NCBI GenBank assembly: GCA_043228905.1
Contig: JBHGNT010000011.1
Location: 7,192,001-7,256,000 of the forward strand
Source of the DNA: Azolla caroliniana
Taxonomy: Eukaryota > Plantae > Polypodiophyta
Direction of reading: 5' to 3'
DNA: 64,000 nucleotides
Below the pieces are notes generated by a model. It was not told the DNA's origin. It ran no database searches and saw only the letters and a program-made list of their open reading frames with translations. Positions within the stretch are counted from its first letter, which is position 1. The number at the start of each line of letters is the position of its first letter. A program made the translations under genes and the position numbers. Below, in pieces: positions 28,801 through 42,782 of this stretch.

Positions 28801-31434
28801 GAACGGAAAAATTCGAGTTTGTGTGGACTACCAGAAACTCAATGCGGCTACAGTAACAGATGCATTTCCACTTCTGTTCACAGATGGAGTGTTGGATGCC
28901 GTCGCCAGCCATGAGGTCTATTGCTTTCTAGACGGATTCAGCGGGTATAATCAGATTCGGATGCACCCCGAAGACCAAGAGAAAACGACTTTCGTCACCG
29001 AATGGGGGGTGTTTGTGGCCGTGGTGATGACGTTCAGACTCAAAATGGCACCGGCAACATTCCAACGAATCATCATGGAAATCTTTGGTGAATATATCCC
29101 GGCTTTTATGTAGGTTTTCCTTTACGATTTCCCCGTCTATAGCCGGGAAGAGGACCATTTTCAGCACTTCCGTCTTTGTCTAGAAAAGTGTAGAGCGTAC
29201 CGGCTAAGCTTGAATCCGGCGAAGTGTGTATTTGGCGTGTCCAGTGGAACCCTACTAGGACATATTGTGAGCAAGGAAGGCATTGTAGTCGAGCCAGACA
29301 AAGTGAAAGCCATATTAGAAGCACCGGCGTCGGCAACGGCAAAGGCATTGAGCCGGTTCTTAGGCCAGATCCGGTGGCACAGCCGGATGCTCCGATACTT
29401 GGCCGACCTGGCTACACCGTTGCATGCCGCGTTACATCGAACCCCATTCCAGTGGACCGACACCGAGGATAGGGCGTATAGGGCCCTCAAGGTACTATTG
29501 TCGTAAGCACCGGTAGTGCAGCCTCCGGATTGGAGTAAAGAATTTCATGTGTTCGTGGACGCCTCTGACATCACAATCGGAAGCGCATTGATGCAGCTTA
29601 TGGAGCCAAAGTGGTACCGGCCAGTGTACTATGCCAGCCGAAAGCTATCCCAAGCAGAACGGAACTACTCTACCACGGAACGGGAAGCTCTAGGGATGAT
29701 CTACAGTGTGACAAAGTTTCGGCATTATTTATTGGGAAGGAAGTTTTCCTTCCATGTAGATCATTCGGCAGTCCTCTACCTGGTGTCCAAGGCGTCACTC
29801 ACCGGTAAGTTGGCCTGGTGGACCTTACTGTTACAGGAATTCGAGTTCGAAATATTCCACCGACCGGGTATACATCATGCCGTAGCGGATTATTTAAGCC
29901 GATTAGAGTCCGGAGAGACGGGCGACGGAGTAGCGGACGAGTTTCCGGATGCGGAGTTGTTTCGAGTCACTACGGAAACGGCAGCATGAAACGGTGGCAT
30001 AGGAAGACAAGTGGCTCACAAATATGCATCAGTTTCTGAGCACAGGACTGCCTCCAGAGGAGATGAACTGGGACGAAAGGAAACGCCTGGCGGTGCAAAG
30101 CCGACATTTCTGCTTACTGCGAGACACACTTTACCACAAGGGCGCGGATGGCATATGGAGACGGGCTGTGCGCAGCGATGAAAAGGACCTCATACTGAGG
30201 GAAGCCCACTGCGGAGTTGCTGGAGGTCACTATGCCGGAGATGCGATCGCTAGGAAAATATGGCAAAGTGGCCTATGGTGGCCAACAACATTAAGAGATG
30301 TTGTACGGTACGCAAAAGAATGTGACCTATGCCAGCGAATGGGCCAGCCAACGGAGCAAGCTCGGATGCAACACCAGCCTGTACTACCACTCGAACCATT
30401 CCAGAAGTGGGGGCTGGACTTTGTTGGACCGTTCAAACCACCGACAATGAGAACAGGTAATCGGTACATCATCGTCGCAACAGATTACTGCACGAAATGG
30501 GTGGAGGCCAAAGCCTTAAGGGACAACACCGTTGCGTCAACGGCCAAAATTTCTATACGAATACATTTGGTGCCGTTACGGATGCCCAATCGAATTAATA
30601 AGCGACCAAGGGGGGCACTTTCTCGGCCAAGTAGTTGAAAGCCTGACGACATTCTATGTCGTTGTCCATAAACGGAGCACACCATACTATCCGCAAGCAA
30701 ATGGGTTAGCTGAGTCGACGAACAAAACGCTCCAGAATATCCTCCGGAAGATCGTCAACGAAAACCGAACGGATTGGGATATCAAGCTACATAGCGCGCT
30801 TTGGGCATACCGGACAACATACAAAATGAGCATCCGAACAACACCGTTCCGGTTAGCGTTCGGACTAGAGGCGGTCATGCCGGTGGAATTCCAAGTACCA
30901 AGCTTACGGATCCAGCTACGGGAACGGCTGAACGAGAAGGAGTCGGAGGCAATACGGTTAACAACACTGTGTGAACTCGAGGAACAACGGCTGGCAAGCA
31001 TCTTGCACTTAGAATTGGAACAACGACGACGGAGAGCATTTGTCGACTGGCACAGGAAAGGAAATGAAAAAATGTTCGAAATCGGCAAGCCGGTGTTAGT
31101 ATTTTAGACCCGGATGGGCAAGATGCCGGGTAAACTATGGTTTAGATGGACCGGCCCGTATTGGCTGACACGTGAGTATAATGGGTCCTACCAGTTAGGG
31201 ACACTTGCCGGCGAAGTGCTAGGCAAATGGGTCAACGGATTCAGATGGAAGCCATATAGAGAACCGATGCCCAAGAACCCATTTGAGCAAAGGACCGACA
31301 CCGGATCGGCAACCTGTGAGGGAAACGGCAACCACCAAGACGGAGGAGATGGCAAGCTGGTAATTGAGGAGAATGAGACGACGGCAAACTGTAATGAGGC
31401 TGGTAAGGGTCCGATAGGACCAACGGACAAGTAA
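25873..31434 (+). pseudogene. gypsy gag-pol (frameshifted, with stops)
   Basis: Successive ORFs 25873-26676, 26633-27316, 27449-28547, 28544-29989 and 30024-31434 in PR-RT-RH-INT order. Confidence 0.92.
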
Positions 31435-31798
31435 CCTCACACTACATTTTATCAAAAGAAAAAAAAAAGAAAAAGAAAAAAAAGCGAGGTATGAACGGAC
31501 GAGAGAGCGAGGAGTGAAAAGGTACGTAGTGGGCATTTAAGCGCCGCACAGGACATAATGCTATTTTAGGACACAACGTGCACACACTCGAAAAAGGCGC
31601 CAAAATGCACAGAGAAAAACCACAGCGCATGGAGAACTTCTACTTTCGCGAACCAGGAGCACAGAAGCACCAAGGCGTTGGAAGATCACCAGACGAAAAC
31701 CTACGCACAGAGAACCCCCGCTTTCTAAACTCTCTCTCACTCACTCTCACTCTCATCACTATCCAACCTCGCCACCACAATTCGACCTCGACACAGAC

Positions 31799-34582
31799 AT
31801 GGACCCGCAAACGCTGTCGGAAGCCGCCAAGAAATGGCTAAAGCAACACGGGCTCAAGGGCTTCTTGATGATTATGGAGGCACCGCCACACAAAGAAGCC
31901 GACAAGGTGATCAAAGAAATCGACACAGAGGTCATAACGGCGGAGGCGATCTGTGCGTTAACAGGTATTCGACCTTGGAGCAACTCATCAAGTATTTTGG
32001 TGAGTACTCACTCCCTAGCCAGCAAGGGCTACCGGACACAAGGCGGCGGAGATATGCTGTTCCGTGAGATTGGCCGGGTGCTCCATGAATACGGCCATGT
32101 GTACCCTAGACCCCCTGTCAATCCACAGAACCGGGCAGGGATGATCATCGCCACCTATGAAGGGATTAAGGTGGATTGGTCGGTATTGATCACAGACGGT
32201 TTGTGTGCGGCGATCGAGATCGTCAGCGGAAAAGACGACAAAGAAGGCCGAGACGGACGGAGGATATGGCACGCAGTAACGCAGTGGCTCACCTTGCTTG
32301 TACCACTCGTCCAGCCCGTCCAGCCCAAGAAGTGGGGAGGAGTGGCGGATGGCACCCCAAAGACTGCTTCCAAAAGACAACAACTGTTAGCCTCTAAGAC
32401 CACTAAGGGGAAGGCGGCGGACGCAGAACAGGCGGGAAAGGAGAGCGCCAGCCGGAAGCGGCCAACGGATGCGCAGGAGGAACCACCGGTACGGCCCGTA
32501 AAGATTACACTCCGCCGGCCGGTGAATAGAGAAGCGGACCCCTTGGCGGCGAAACTCAATGCCGGAACTCAGGAAGCGGAAATAGAGGAGGAGCCTACGG
32601 AGCACCTCCAGCGACGGTTGTCGGCAAGGATCGTTGAAGCAGCCGGGAAACGTTCGGACCCTCAGACGGAGGGAACGCCGGCTCCCCATACTGAGACTCC
32701 CACGCCAAGGGAGGAACCGGAACCGGTGCACATGGCACCAGAATCAGAAGCCCCTGCACCACCGGCAGCACCGACAAGTCCCATTCCGCTAGAGCCGGAA
32801 AGGTCAATGTAGCCTCCCTCGGCCAACCAAGAAGAAGCGCAAGGGGAACCAGGATAACAGGGTGGTCCACGGGCAGAAACGGAATTGTAACTCGGTGCAA
32901 TCAGGTGGGACCACCTACCCACAAGCGAGCCCATCCGTCAAACCTCCGTGCAAGCGCAACAACAATGCACCGGTAGCCTGTGGCTCTGGTGGATAGGCGA
33001 ACAGATTGCCGGAGCAGTGGGGTATATTGAGGCGGAAGAAAGAGCGCAAAGCGAACGGTTGCTCGTCACAACCGAACAACTAGAGATGGCCCGGTCCAGA
33101 ATCCAGTGCCTTGAAAAAGACTTGGATCAGGTCGCGATAGAAATGGCCAAAATGGCCTTAACGGCAACACAGATCCAAGCACCGACGACTCCGGTAAGTG
33201 TACAGAATAAAGAACCAGAACAACCTGTACATACTAATAAGACCCCGACAACGGAAACTGTTCCAGAGAGAGATGCGGCGCAAGCCCAGGAACTTGCGGA
33301 ATTGAGAGATGAACTTGCCGCACAAGAAGCGCTAAGGCGCCGTGAACGGGAATTGAAGACAGCGGCCGAAGCAGAATTAAAGAAGACTGCTAAGAACCTC
33401 CGCCGGGCAGAGGAGAGCCTCCGGAAAGGCCATCAATCGTACGACCGGTTAAGGGAGGAAAAAGACAAAGTGCTACAGGAAAAGGACAAGCTGCGGAAGA
33501 CGGCGGAAACGGAAATTGAAAGGCTAAAGGAGGAGCTCCGCCAGCAGAAGGACCGCGAGGACTGGGCCCGTCGACAGATCAACGTACAGCTCAAGCAAAA
33601 GACAGATGATTTTGAGCACCTGCACCGGGACTCCAAACGGCTGGAAACGGAGCATAAGGAACGGATGGCCGAGCTCGGGCAGGAAGTTGATCAGGCCGCG
33701 ACGGCACTCGCCGTCGAACGAGCGGAAAATACAAGACGGTTGGACGAGGCGGAGAAGGTCCGGATGGAGCTCCAGAGGCAGCAACAGGAAGAAAGGGAGA
33801 GAGCTTCAACGGTATTGCAAAAATTACAAAGCACATATCAAGGGCAATTGACGCATTACAAGGAGCAGGCGGAAGACAACGTCATAATCATCAAGCAATT
33901 GAAGGAGGAACGGCAAGCTGCGGAGATCAAAGCGCAGAAGGGAACGGGCCGGATTCAGTGCATCCTCTGGGCATGGCTGAATCAGACAAAACGCTTGATT
34001 GACAAAAGCTCCGTAAGATGGTGGACAAAGTGGGCACAAAATATGGCGAAACTCCAATTGCTACGGGCAAACGTGGAAAACCGGCGGAAGGCAGGAGATG
34101 ATTGTTACACGTTGACTTCCGAGGACTTCATCGCCATACGGGATGAGTTGGTTGATGACTTCCAAGTCCTGGTGGATGAACAACTGGTGCAGGTCCGGCA
34201 ACTCGTAGCTCAGCTAGATGATGATAGGTTGGACGCTCAAATCTAGTTTGAGAGCTACGAGCGGTCCCGGGTTCGGGAAGAAAAAGCACGGGAAGCAGCA
34301 ACGGTTAACCTTAGTGATGAGGAACCGTCGCCGGCCGAGGGCCAGGCCGGAATCAGTCAACCGGAGACCACTACGACGGAGGGAGCAACGAAGGAAACGC
34401 CGGTGTCAGAGCAACAAATGGAGGAGCAACCACAGCAGCCACCAACGGACCAGTCGCAACAGCCATCAACGGAGCAGCAACAACAGCAACAACATCCACA
34501 ACAACAACAACAACAACCAATTCCAGATGAACCATTGGAGACTCTCAAACAAAGCATTCTGGATATTTTGAACAAAGAATAG
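31799..34582 (+). pseudogene. Extra 3' ORF of the gypsy element (~928 codons, coiled-coil, Gln-rich tail) broken by in-frame stops
   Basis: ORFs 31799-32812 and 32948-34246 are in the same frame, which continues past TAG 34244-34246 to TAG 34580-34582. Confidence 0.75.
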
Positions 34583-35072
34583 CAAGGGTCGGATGGTGGA
34601 TTCGACGTACAAGGTACTGTCCCACGGGTGTGCCATGTGTTACCAGCCGGCAAAAGAGTCCAGAGTGTGAAACGAAGGAGTTATTTAATTATTAAGGAAT
34701 GGTTGTAAGTAAGCTATTAGTGTGGACGGACGGACCGGAATTGGTATGCCGTTCCGGATCTAGACCGATCCCGAACAGGTGCGGATGGCACCGTTTTGTA
34801 CTACAAACCGGAAACCTATTTAAAGGCCCGGATACAATGTAATGAGCAGCGGATAATTAATGAAGCTTAGTGTTTTTATCTCTCTGTGTTAATTGCCATT
34901 CTGCATTCATTGTTATATCTTATGTGTGTGATTACTAAGTACGATCTTGCTAAGTAACCTAATTAAGTCGGATTAATCGTTGAGCCTAATCCTCTTGCCG
35001 TAACACCCCTTTGGTGAAGTGTCTTCCGTACACACCCTGTGTTAGGCCATTGTCCGGCCTTAAGAGTTAACA

Positions 35073-35372
35073 GTATAAAAGGCCGACTCCTTCCAAGTTG
35101 TATCCGTCCGAGTGTGAACTTGTTAATAAGTTAGGGCTTAGTATATAAGCGAATACCTAACATTTTAATGAGTGACGATGACGATGACGAGCAGACGATT
35201 GTAATCTCTAAGAGAGAAAAACGTATTGTGCAGAAATAAGAAGCTTTTCATTAAAGCTCCATTTGTGTAAGTCTATATCTGCCTTCTCTATCTTCTGTGT
35301 GTATGGTGTTTGTTGTTCATAGCCATAAGATCCGAACACACACTTTTGCATAACTGTCGAGATTAACCAACA
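35073..35372 (+). mobile_element. copia LTR related to 19660-19943, missing its first bases
   Basis: ATAAAAGGCCGACTCCTTCCAA...TAATAAGTTAGGGCTTAGTATATAAG...CAACA; visibly diverged from 19660-19943 and no shared TSD. Confidence 0.8.
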
Positions 35373-35672
35373 CATATGTGTATGCTTAACTAACACATAG
35401 AGACTTTGTGCTTCAACATATGAATACCCCTTCTTAGGAAAGAGACATATATCAAGAACACATGTATACTCTAGTCCCATAGGTCAAAATTGGCCTCTTT
35501 ATGGACGATAAAAATTCTAATTCTCTCATTTGACCAAGCCTCTTATGCCATGGCTCACTATCTGAGTCGGTTTCCACATTTGCTTCATCTTTACACAACT
35601 TCACATGCATCACGTATAGTGTACCTTGTTTTCATGCTAAGACTTCACTTGCAAAACTTCCACATACCATTT

Positions 35673-38617
35673 TGTTGGGAAATCGGTCCCTCCGGATGGG
35701 ATCCGATTATGAATAAAGAGGACCCAATGAGAACCGGATGGACCCGGTGAGAATCGGAAGAGATCCGGGAACCTGATCGGATGGATCCGGTGAGACCTGG
35801 AAGAGAAGACTTATTTGTAAATATGTTTTGAGTAAGCCCATTGAGGCTATATTTGTAAATAGCCCTAAGTTCATATAAGTATAAATATGACTTAGGGCAA
35901 TCACTTTTGGGTGTGTGGTGTAGTTGCCATATTGTTGTTTAGTGATAACTGTTGTATAGAGAGAGAGAGAGAGAGGGAAAAACAGAGTTATACTCTGTTG
36001 TAACCACCGGCTTGGCGAACATATAGAGTAGGAGGTTGTTGCCTACGAGTCTTTGAGTGTATCTTTCCTATCTATAGTGATAGCTTGGAGCCCGTGGGCT
36101 CCCGTGGTTTTTTCCCATTAGGGCTTTCCATGTAAATATTCTGTGTACTCTCTAATTCCCAATTCTGTGTTTGATTTCCATCCAAGTGATTCAAGACTCG
36201 GTTGTGGCCGAGTAATATTCCATGTTTTCCTTGTCAATCTGGTATCAGAGCGAACAACATAGGAAATGGAAGAATCGTTCAGCGGCATGTTCAAGCTCAC
36301 CGGCTCCAACTACTCATTGTGGAAATCGAAGATGAGGGAGGGGTATGCTGGTGGTTAAAGATCTTTGGTTGCCGGTTCAGTTCGGGGACAAGAGACCGGA
36401 TAAGATCGACGCCATAGTGTGGGAGGTGATGCACATGAAAACGACGGCATAAATTTGGTGCTTCATTGACATGAGCCTATAAAACAACTTCAATGAAGAG
36501 AGAAAGGCTCATGAACTCTTGGACAAAATCGACATCATATTCCAGAACAAGAATGTTGTTAATTTTGGTATTTTGGAGGCTAGTGAGGCTCCGGTACCAG
36601 GACGGCTCGAGCAAGGTAGAGCACATGAATGCCTTCCAGGGGCTAATACACCAAGAAACCTCGTTGGAAGTACTTCTCTCCGATGAGGTACTCGCATTGC
36701 TCCTAATTGGTTCCCTCCTAATTGGTTCCCTCCTACTCGGTTCCCTCCTCGATAGTTGGGAGACGCTAGTTGTCACGTTGGGCAACACTGACCAAAAGGA
36801 AAAAAGTTGTCCCTAGCAAGGGTAAAATCAAGATTGCTATATGAAGAAGCTCGCCGGAAGGATCGGCAGTCCGGAACCAATCCGAAGGCCTTGGTTACCG
36901 AAGATGACCATAACCGGGGAAGAGGCCGGTATCAGAGTCCCCAAAACCTGGACAAATCGGGAACGAGGTCGAAGTTAAGGGGAAGGCCTACTTGCTTCTA
37001 TTGTGGGAAGACGGGGCACTTCCAAAAGAACTGTCGGCATTTTCGGAAAGAGAAAGAAACCGGCACCATTGATTCGAAGAAGTGTTCAGACCGAAACGGT
37101 CTGGACCGGAGAGGCCCGGATCGGAAAGGAACGTCGGCAATAGTGACAAGTGAAGAAGAACTGATGCTCATTACTGAGGAGAATGAGTTAAACCTTGTCG
37201 GTGACGAGACAACGTGGGTTGTCGATTCCAGAGCGTCATTCCACCTGACACCGGATCGGAAATGCTTCTCATCCTGCACAACCGAAGATCATGGTTGTGT
37301 CTAGATGGGGAATGAAGGTACATGCCGAATTTTCGGTATAGGAGATGTGTTGTTGACAACATCAACCGGATTCAAGTTGTTGTTGAAGGATGTCTAACGC
37401 GTTTCGGAGGTTCGACTGAACCTGATATTAGCCGGTCGGCTAAATGATGAAGGCTACATGGGTAGCATCCAGAATGGAGTCATGAAGTTCAACAAAGGGA
37501 GCATGATTGTGGCTTGAGCCCAGAAGACCAGCACACTGTACTTGATGCAAGCTCGGATATGCCGGGAAGAAGTGAACGTCCCATCCGACACTACCGGTGA
37601 GTTGTGGCACAAGAGATTGTGTCCCCATGAGTTTGAAGGGGATGAAGAGACTTGCTGAAGGCAATCTCATTCCGGTGAAAGATGTGCATTTTGAGAAGTG
37701 CACTGACTTCCTGGCTGGTAAGCAGAAGCGAACCTCCTTCCGATCAAGGCCACCGATGAGACGTAATGCACCACTGGAGCTGGTGCACACCGATGTGTGT
37801 CAAGTGGACATGAAGTCACATGCTGGATTGCAGTCATGACGTTCATAGATGATCACAGCCAGAAGTTGTGGGCCACACCGATGAAGACAAATCATTAGGT
37901 GCTATATGTCTTCAAGGAACTCCATGCGAGGGTGGAAAGAGAAACCGGTCGGAAGTTGAAGGTGGTTCAAGCGGACAATGGAGGAGAATACCGGGAACAC
38001 TTTGAGGAGTATTGTCAGTTGAAGGGAATGCGGCTTGAATTCACCGTGCCGAAGATGTCGAAATTGAACGGGTTGGTTGAATGGATGAACCGAACCATAA
38101 TGGCAAGAGTCTGAAGCATGCTTGCACATGCAATGTTACCCAAGAGGTTTTGGGCTAAGGTGCTGACGATGGCAACATATGTGATAAATAGATCACCCTC
38201 ATCAACCTTGGAAGGAGACTCACCGCATAAATTATGGACCGGTAAAGATGTATCCTACTGGCATCTAAAGGTGTTCAGATGTCTCTCTTACGTGGATGTG
38301 GTGAAGGACAAGAGAACAAAGGTGGATCTGAAATCCCAACCATGCATATTCGTTGGATACGGTGATGATGAGTTCGGTTACAGGGTGTGGGATCTAGTCG
38401 ACAAGAAGGTGTTCCAGAGTCGGGACATAGTCTTCATGGAAGACAAGACCATCGCCGATTGAGAGTCGGAGAAGGAGATGATGAACATTGGATCATCCAA
38501 TGAAAAACTGGCTTGAGGACAGAAGGATATACCCGATTGAAAACCGGATGACACTCGATGAACCGGCCGAATACGGACAAGAGACCAAACCGACCGAAGA
38601 AGAAGAAGAAGAAGAAG

Positions 38618-38649
<32 letters not shown>

Positions 38650-39911
38650 GACACCGTAACCGGGCAAGATCCCAAATCGGAATCGGATTCGGAACAAACA
38701 GAGGAACTGGCAGTCAGAAACCATGGATGGAGAAATCCTCTCAGAGAGAGAAGAGTCCCTCGGAGATTTCCAAATGCAGACCATGTGTTGCTAACCGATG
38801 AGGAGGATCCGGAAAGCTTCGAAGAAGCAAAGAAAGACACCCACAACCGCAAGTGGTTGAGTGCCATGCAGGATGACATGGATTCCCTGCATGAGAACCA
38901 CACGTATGAATTGACGGAGTTGCCGAAAGGAAAGAGGGCACTCCGGAACAAGAGGGTGTACAAGCTAAAATAGGGAGATGCCGGAAACCCACCGAGATAC
39001 AAAACTCGGATCGTGGTGAAGGGGTTCCAGCAGAAGAAAGGAGTGGATTTCGATGAGATCTTTGCCCTGGTAGTAAAGATGACATCCATCTGGATGGTAT
39101 TGGGCATAGAGGCAAGCATGGACCTCGAGGTAGAGCAACTTGATGTCAAGATGACATTCCTACATGGCGACGTCAAAGAAGAAATCTACATGCATCAACC
39201 GGAAGGATTTGAAAAGAAAGGGAAGGAGCACCCGGTGTGCCGGCTAAAGAAGAGCCTATATGGACTGAAGCAAGCTCCCCAACAATGGTACCGGAAATTC
39301 GACTCCATCATGACTGACCAAGGGTACCACAAAACGCAAGCCGATCACTACATGTTTGTGAAGAAATTTGACGGAGGAGATTTCCTAATACTTCTCCTAT
39401 ATGTGGATGATATGCTGATCGTCGGATGAGACCAAGGCAAGATTCAGATGCTGAAGAAGGCCCTGAAATAGACCTTCTCAATGAAAGACTTGGGTTCAGC
39501 AAGACAGATATTGGGAATGCACATCATCCGGGACCGGTCAAAGAAGTTGTTGTGGTTGTCATAGGAGAAGTACGTGACAAAGGTGCTTCAACGGTTCAAC
39601 ATGTCGGAGGCAAAACCAATCGGATCAACACTTCCGGCAAACTGCAAGCTATCCGGAAAATAAAGCCCGAGGACAAAGGCGGAGAAGACAGATATGATGA
39701 AGATACCATATGCCTCTGCGGTGAGAAGCTTGATGTACGCGATGGTATGTACTCGGCCAGATATCGGATATGCAGTCGGAGTGGTGAGCCCATTAGGGTT
39801 TTCCATGTAAATATTCTGTGTACTCTCTAATTCCCAATTCTGTGTTTGATTTCCATCCAAGTGATTCAAGACTCGGTTGTGGCTGAGCAATATTCCACGT
39901 TTTTCTTGTCA
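35673..39911 (+). mobile_element. Ty1/copia element with an internal deletion (RT end, RNaseH and most of the 3' LTR lost)
   Basis: 5' LTR 35673-36236, PBS TGGTATCAGAGC 36240-36251, gag CFYCGKTGHFQKNC, INT, RT; 3' LTR remnant ~39789-39911; poly-Glu (GAA)n near 38596-38646. Confidence 0.9.
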
Positions 39912-41233
39912 TTTTTGTGCTGAGACTTCACTTGCAAAACTTCCACATACCATTTTGAAAGCTACTATAATAGCCTTCATCGTCCAGTCTTCCGGTTGAT
40001 AATAGATTTAGTCTGACATCTGGCACATGTCTTACATCCCTGAATACTAACTTACAACTGGTTGATGTCGTCAAACATACACTCCCAATACCGGCGATCT
40101 TGCATGCTCCATTACCTCCAATCTTTACATAGCCATAGTCGCCGACTGTGTAAGATGAAAAACATTATCTTGTGGGAGTTAGATGGAACGATGCACCAAA
40201 GTCAATCGCCCAAGAGCACTCTTCATTCGTAGGGTTTACACTCACTTTCTTGCAAATGAATAAGAGTTCTTCTTCATTGGTAGCAATGGCTGAAGTGCTT
40301 TTCTCCTCATATATCTTCTTGGGTACAACATCATTAGCAACACATTTGTCTTTCTTAAGATGCTGACAATCCTTTTGGAAATGCCTAGGTTTCCCACAAT
40401 AGAAACATGTGAGTCTTCCTTTGGACTTACACCTGGCATGAGACTTGTCTCTCTTTTGTGGACTCTTATTCTTGCTTCTGCGTCTGCCAGGGTTTCGTGC
40501 CACATTCGATTCCGATTGGGAAAGGATACCCTTGTCCTTTCTTCTTGTCTCTTTATTTAAGATACTTGTCTTTAGCACTTGTAAAGACAGATTTTCTTCT
40601 TGGCACGAGGCACTAAGGGACGCCACCAAGTTCTTGCAGTTGTCTGACATGGTACACAACAGTAGTAGGGCCTTCAGGGCGTCATCTAACGAAAACTTTT
40701 CTATTGCAAGTTGGCTCACTAACCCCATGAAAGTGCTAATGTGTACCACAATGCTTTCTCCATCTCTGTACTTTAGTCTCGCTATATTTATCATTAGACA
40801 GGCTTTGTTGAGGGCGTTTTTCCTTTCATACAAGCTCGAAAGTTTATGCCACAAGTCGTAGGCATTTGTATCATTAGCCACATGCTAAAGAACACTTATG
40901 TCTACAAAATGTCTGATGGTAGCCACTACCTTCCTATTCAGGATTTTCCATTCAGACTCTAGCACCCCTGTAGGTATCTCTTTCCTGTCTATAGGCGATT
41001 ATAGTTCTCTTACCATAAGAAGATCCCCCATTTTGATCTTCTAGTTATGCGAGTTCAGGACTATCATTCTTGGAAAACCACTCACACCTCCTTCCATCTA
41101 GCATCTCAAGCTCTGATACGGGTTTGTTAGGTTTTAAACCTAAGATGAACAGAGAAAATAGACTGAAAACACAATACAGAAACTTAAAGTACACAAGATT
41201 TACGTGGAAACCCTAAAACGGGGAAAACCACGG

Positions 41234-42782
41234 TGCCGCGTGGTTTTTCACACACGATATGAAAACTAGTAAAATAAGTATTTAAGATTAGTTTAATGGA
41301 TTGATATGGGAAGATAGATATCTTCAAGAGCTTCATAACGCATTTTTCTATGCATAACAAATTTGAGAAGAAGAGGAAAACAAAATTGTAAGATATCTCA
41401 CATAGATAGGAAACTTTAGGATCCATCTATATAAGCAGATTGAGAACCATTAGTTTTCATCTATGTGTTAAGAGCATAAAAGGAATGGTTGGACTTGGAC
41501 CAATTTGTCTACATGGACAAATGTGGCTAAGGAATTGGCGACCGGATGGAGCCGACAACTGAAAACTAGAAACTGGAAACTGGATGGAGCCAGCAACTGG
41601 ATAGAACCAGCAACAAAGCCGGGAAATGGAAACTGGATGGAAATGGTAACCGGAAATCGGATGGAGGCAACAACTGGAAACCGGATGGATCCAGCAACTG
41701 GAAACTGGATGGAGCTAGCAATCGGAAACTGGACGGAGCCGGCGATGAAGTTGGGAACCGGAACCGGATGGTGACGGAACCGGCAATCGGCGACCTATTG
41801 GACGGAGTCGGAAACTGGACGGAGCCGGCGATGAAGTTGGGAACCGGAACCGGATGGTGACGGAACCGGCAATCGGCGACCTATTGGACGGAGTCGGAAA
41901 CCGGCAACCGGAAATCGAAAATCGGACTGAGTCAGTGATGAAGTTGGGAATCGGAACCGGAACTAGATGGCTACAGAGTCAACAACCGGAGACCGATCGG
42001 ACGGAGCCGGCAACCGACAACCGGACGACGACGGAATGGAAACCGGACGCGGACCGGACGGATTGGATGGCGACGATTGAGATGGACGGATGATAGGATC
42101 ATGCGGTGAATTAAAGTAAAGTTAAAAAAAGTAAAGGCGTAGCAACTAAAAAAGGAGGGCATGCAACTAAAAGTAAAGAGGAAGCAACTAAAAAAGGAGG
42201 CCATGAAACTAAAAATAAAGGCCAAGCAACTACAAATGGAGGCCATGCAACTGGACACATGCAAAGGAACATGGGAGGCTATGATCAACGGAGAACTCCA
42301 TATATATTCAATTTTTTTTCTCCATTTGATGGGGGGCTCTCCATTATTTTTCTTTTCCTTCTCGATTCCCTTATCTCACGGAGCCATTTACGAGAGATAT
42401 GAGAGATACACTGATAAACCCTAATTTTCCTTACGGAAGCCATATCTCTCATAAACCCTAATTTTCCTTATGGAAATCATATCTCTCGAATAGCCCTATT
42501 TTTTTTTCTTATGAAAGCCATATCTCATAAATTTGAAACCTAATTTTCTTATCGAAACCAAAAACCCTAATTTTTCTTATTTATTAATCTTTTAAACCTA
42601 AACTTCTATAATCCCAATCTTGGGATAGATTGTAAATTTTCTTTCCCTTTACTAATAAAATTTATTAAATTTTCTCGTTGTCGTTAATTCTTAAAGTATA
42701 AATGCACGAATGTGATATCCTTTGGTCGGAGGCCCCGGGGTCCTGCCTCAAGTTCACGTATCCTCGTCATATTTTCGCGACA
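41234..42782. mobile_element. Long (~1.55 kb) probable solo LTR inserted in a copia LTR
   Basis: TGCCGCG...CGCGACA termini; 4-bp duplication ACGG/ACAG; removing it restores alignment to LTR 17841-18418; internal (A)CCGGATGGAGCC-type repeats and AAACCCTAA motifs. Confidence 0.7.

Larger units (their letters stand above)
25119..35072 (+). mobile_element. Ty3/gypsy (non-chromovirus type) retrotransposon lacking its 5' LTR
   Basis: gag, protease (IDRGSGVN), RT (WLSPIVVVPKKNGKIRVCVDY, FLDGFSGYNQI), RNaseH (FVDASD, NYSTTERE), INT ([23 protein letters not shown]); 3' LTR 34638-35072. Confidence 0.93.

Noticed and set aside
32948-34246. Captured host myosin/SMC-like gene or env gene
   Set aside because: Intronless, inside the gypsy element, in frame with the upstream extra ORF, generic coiled-coil only and no transmembrane segment.
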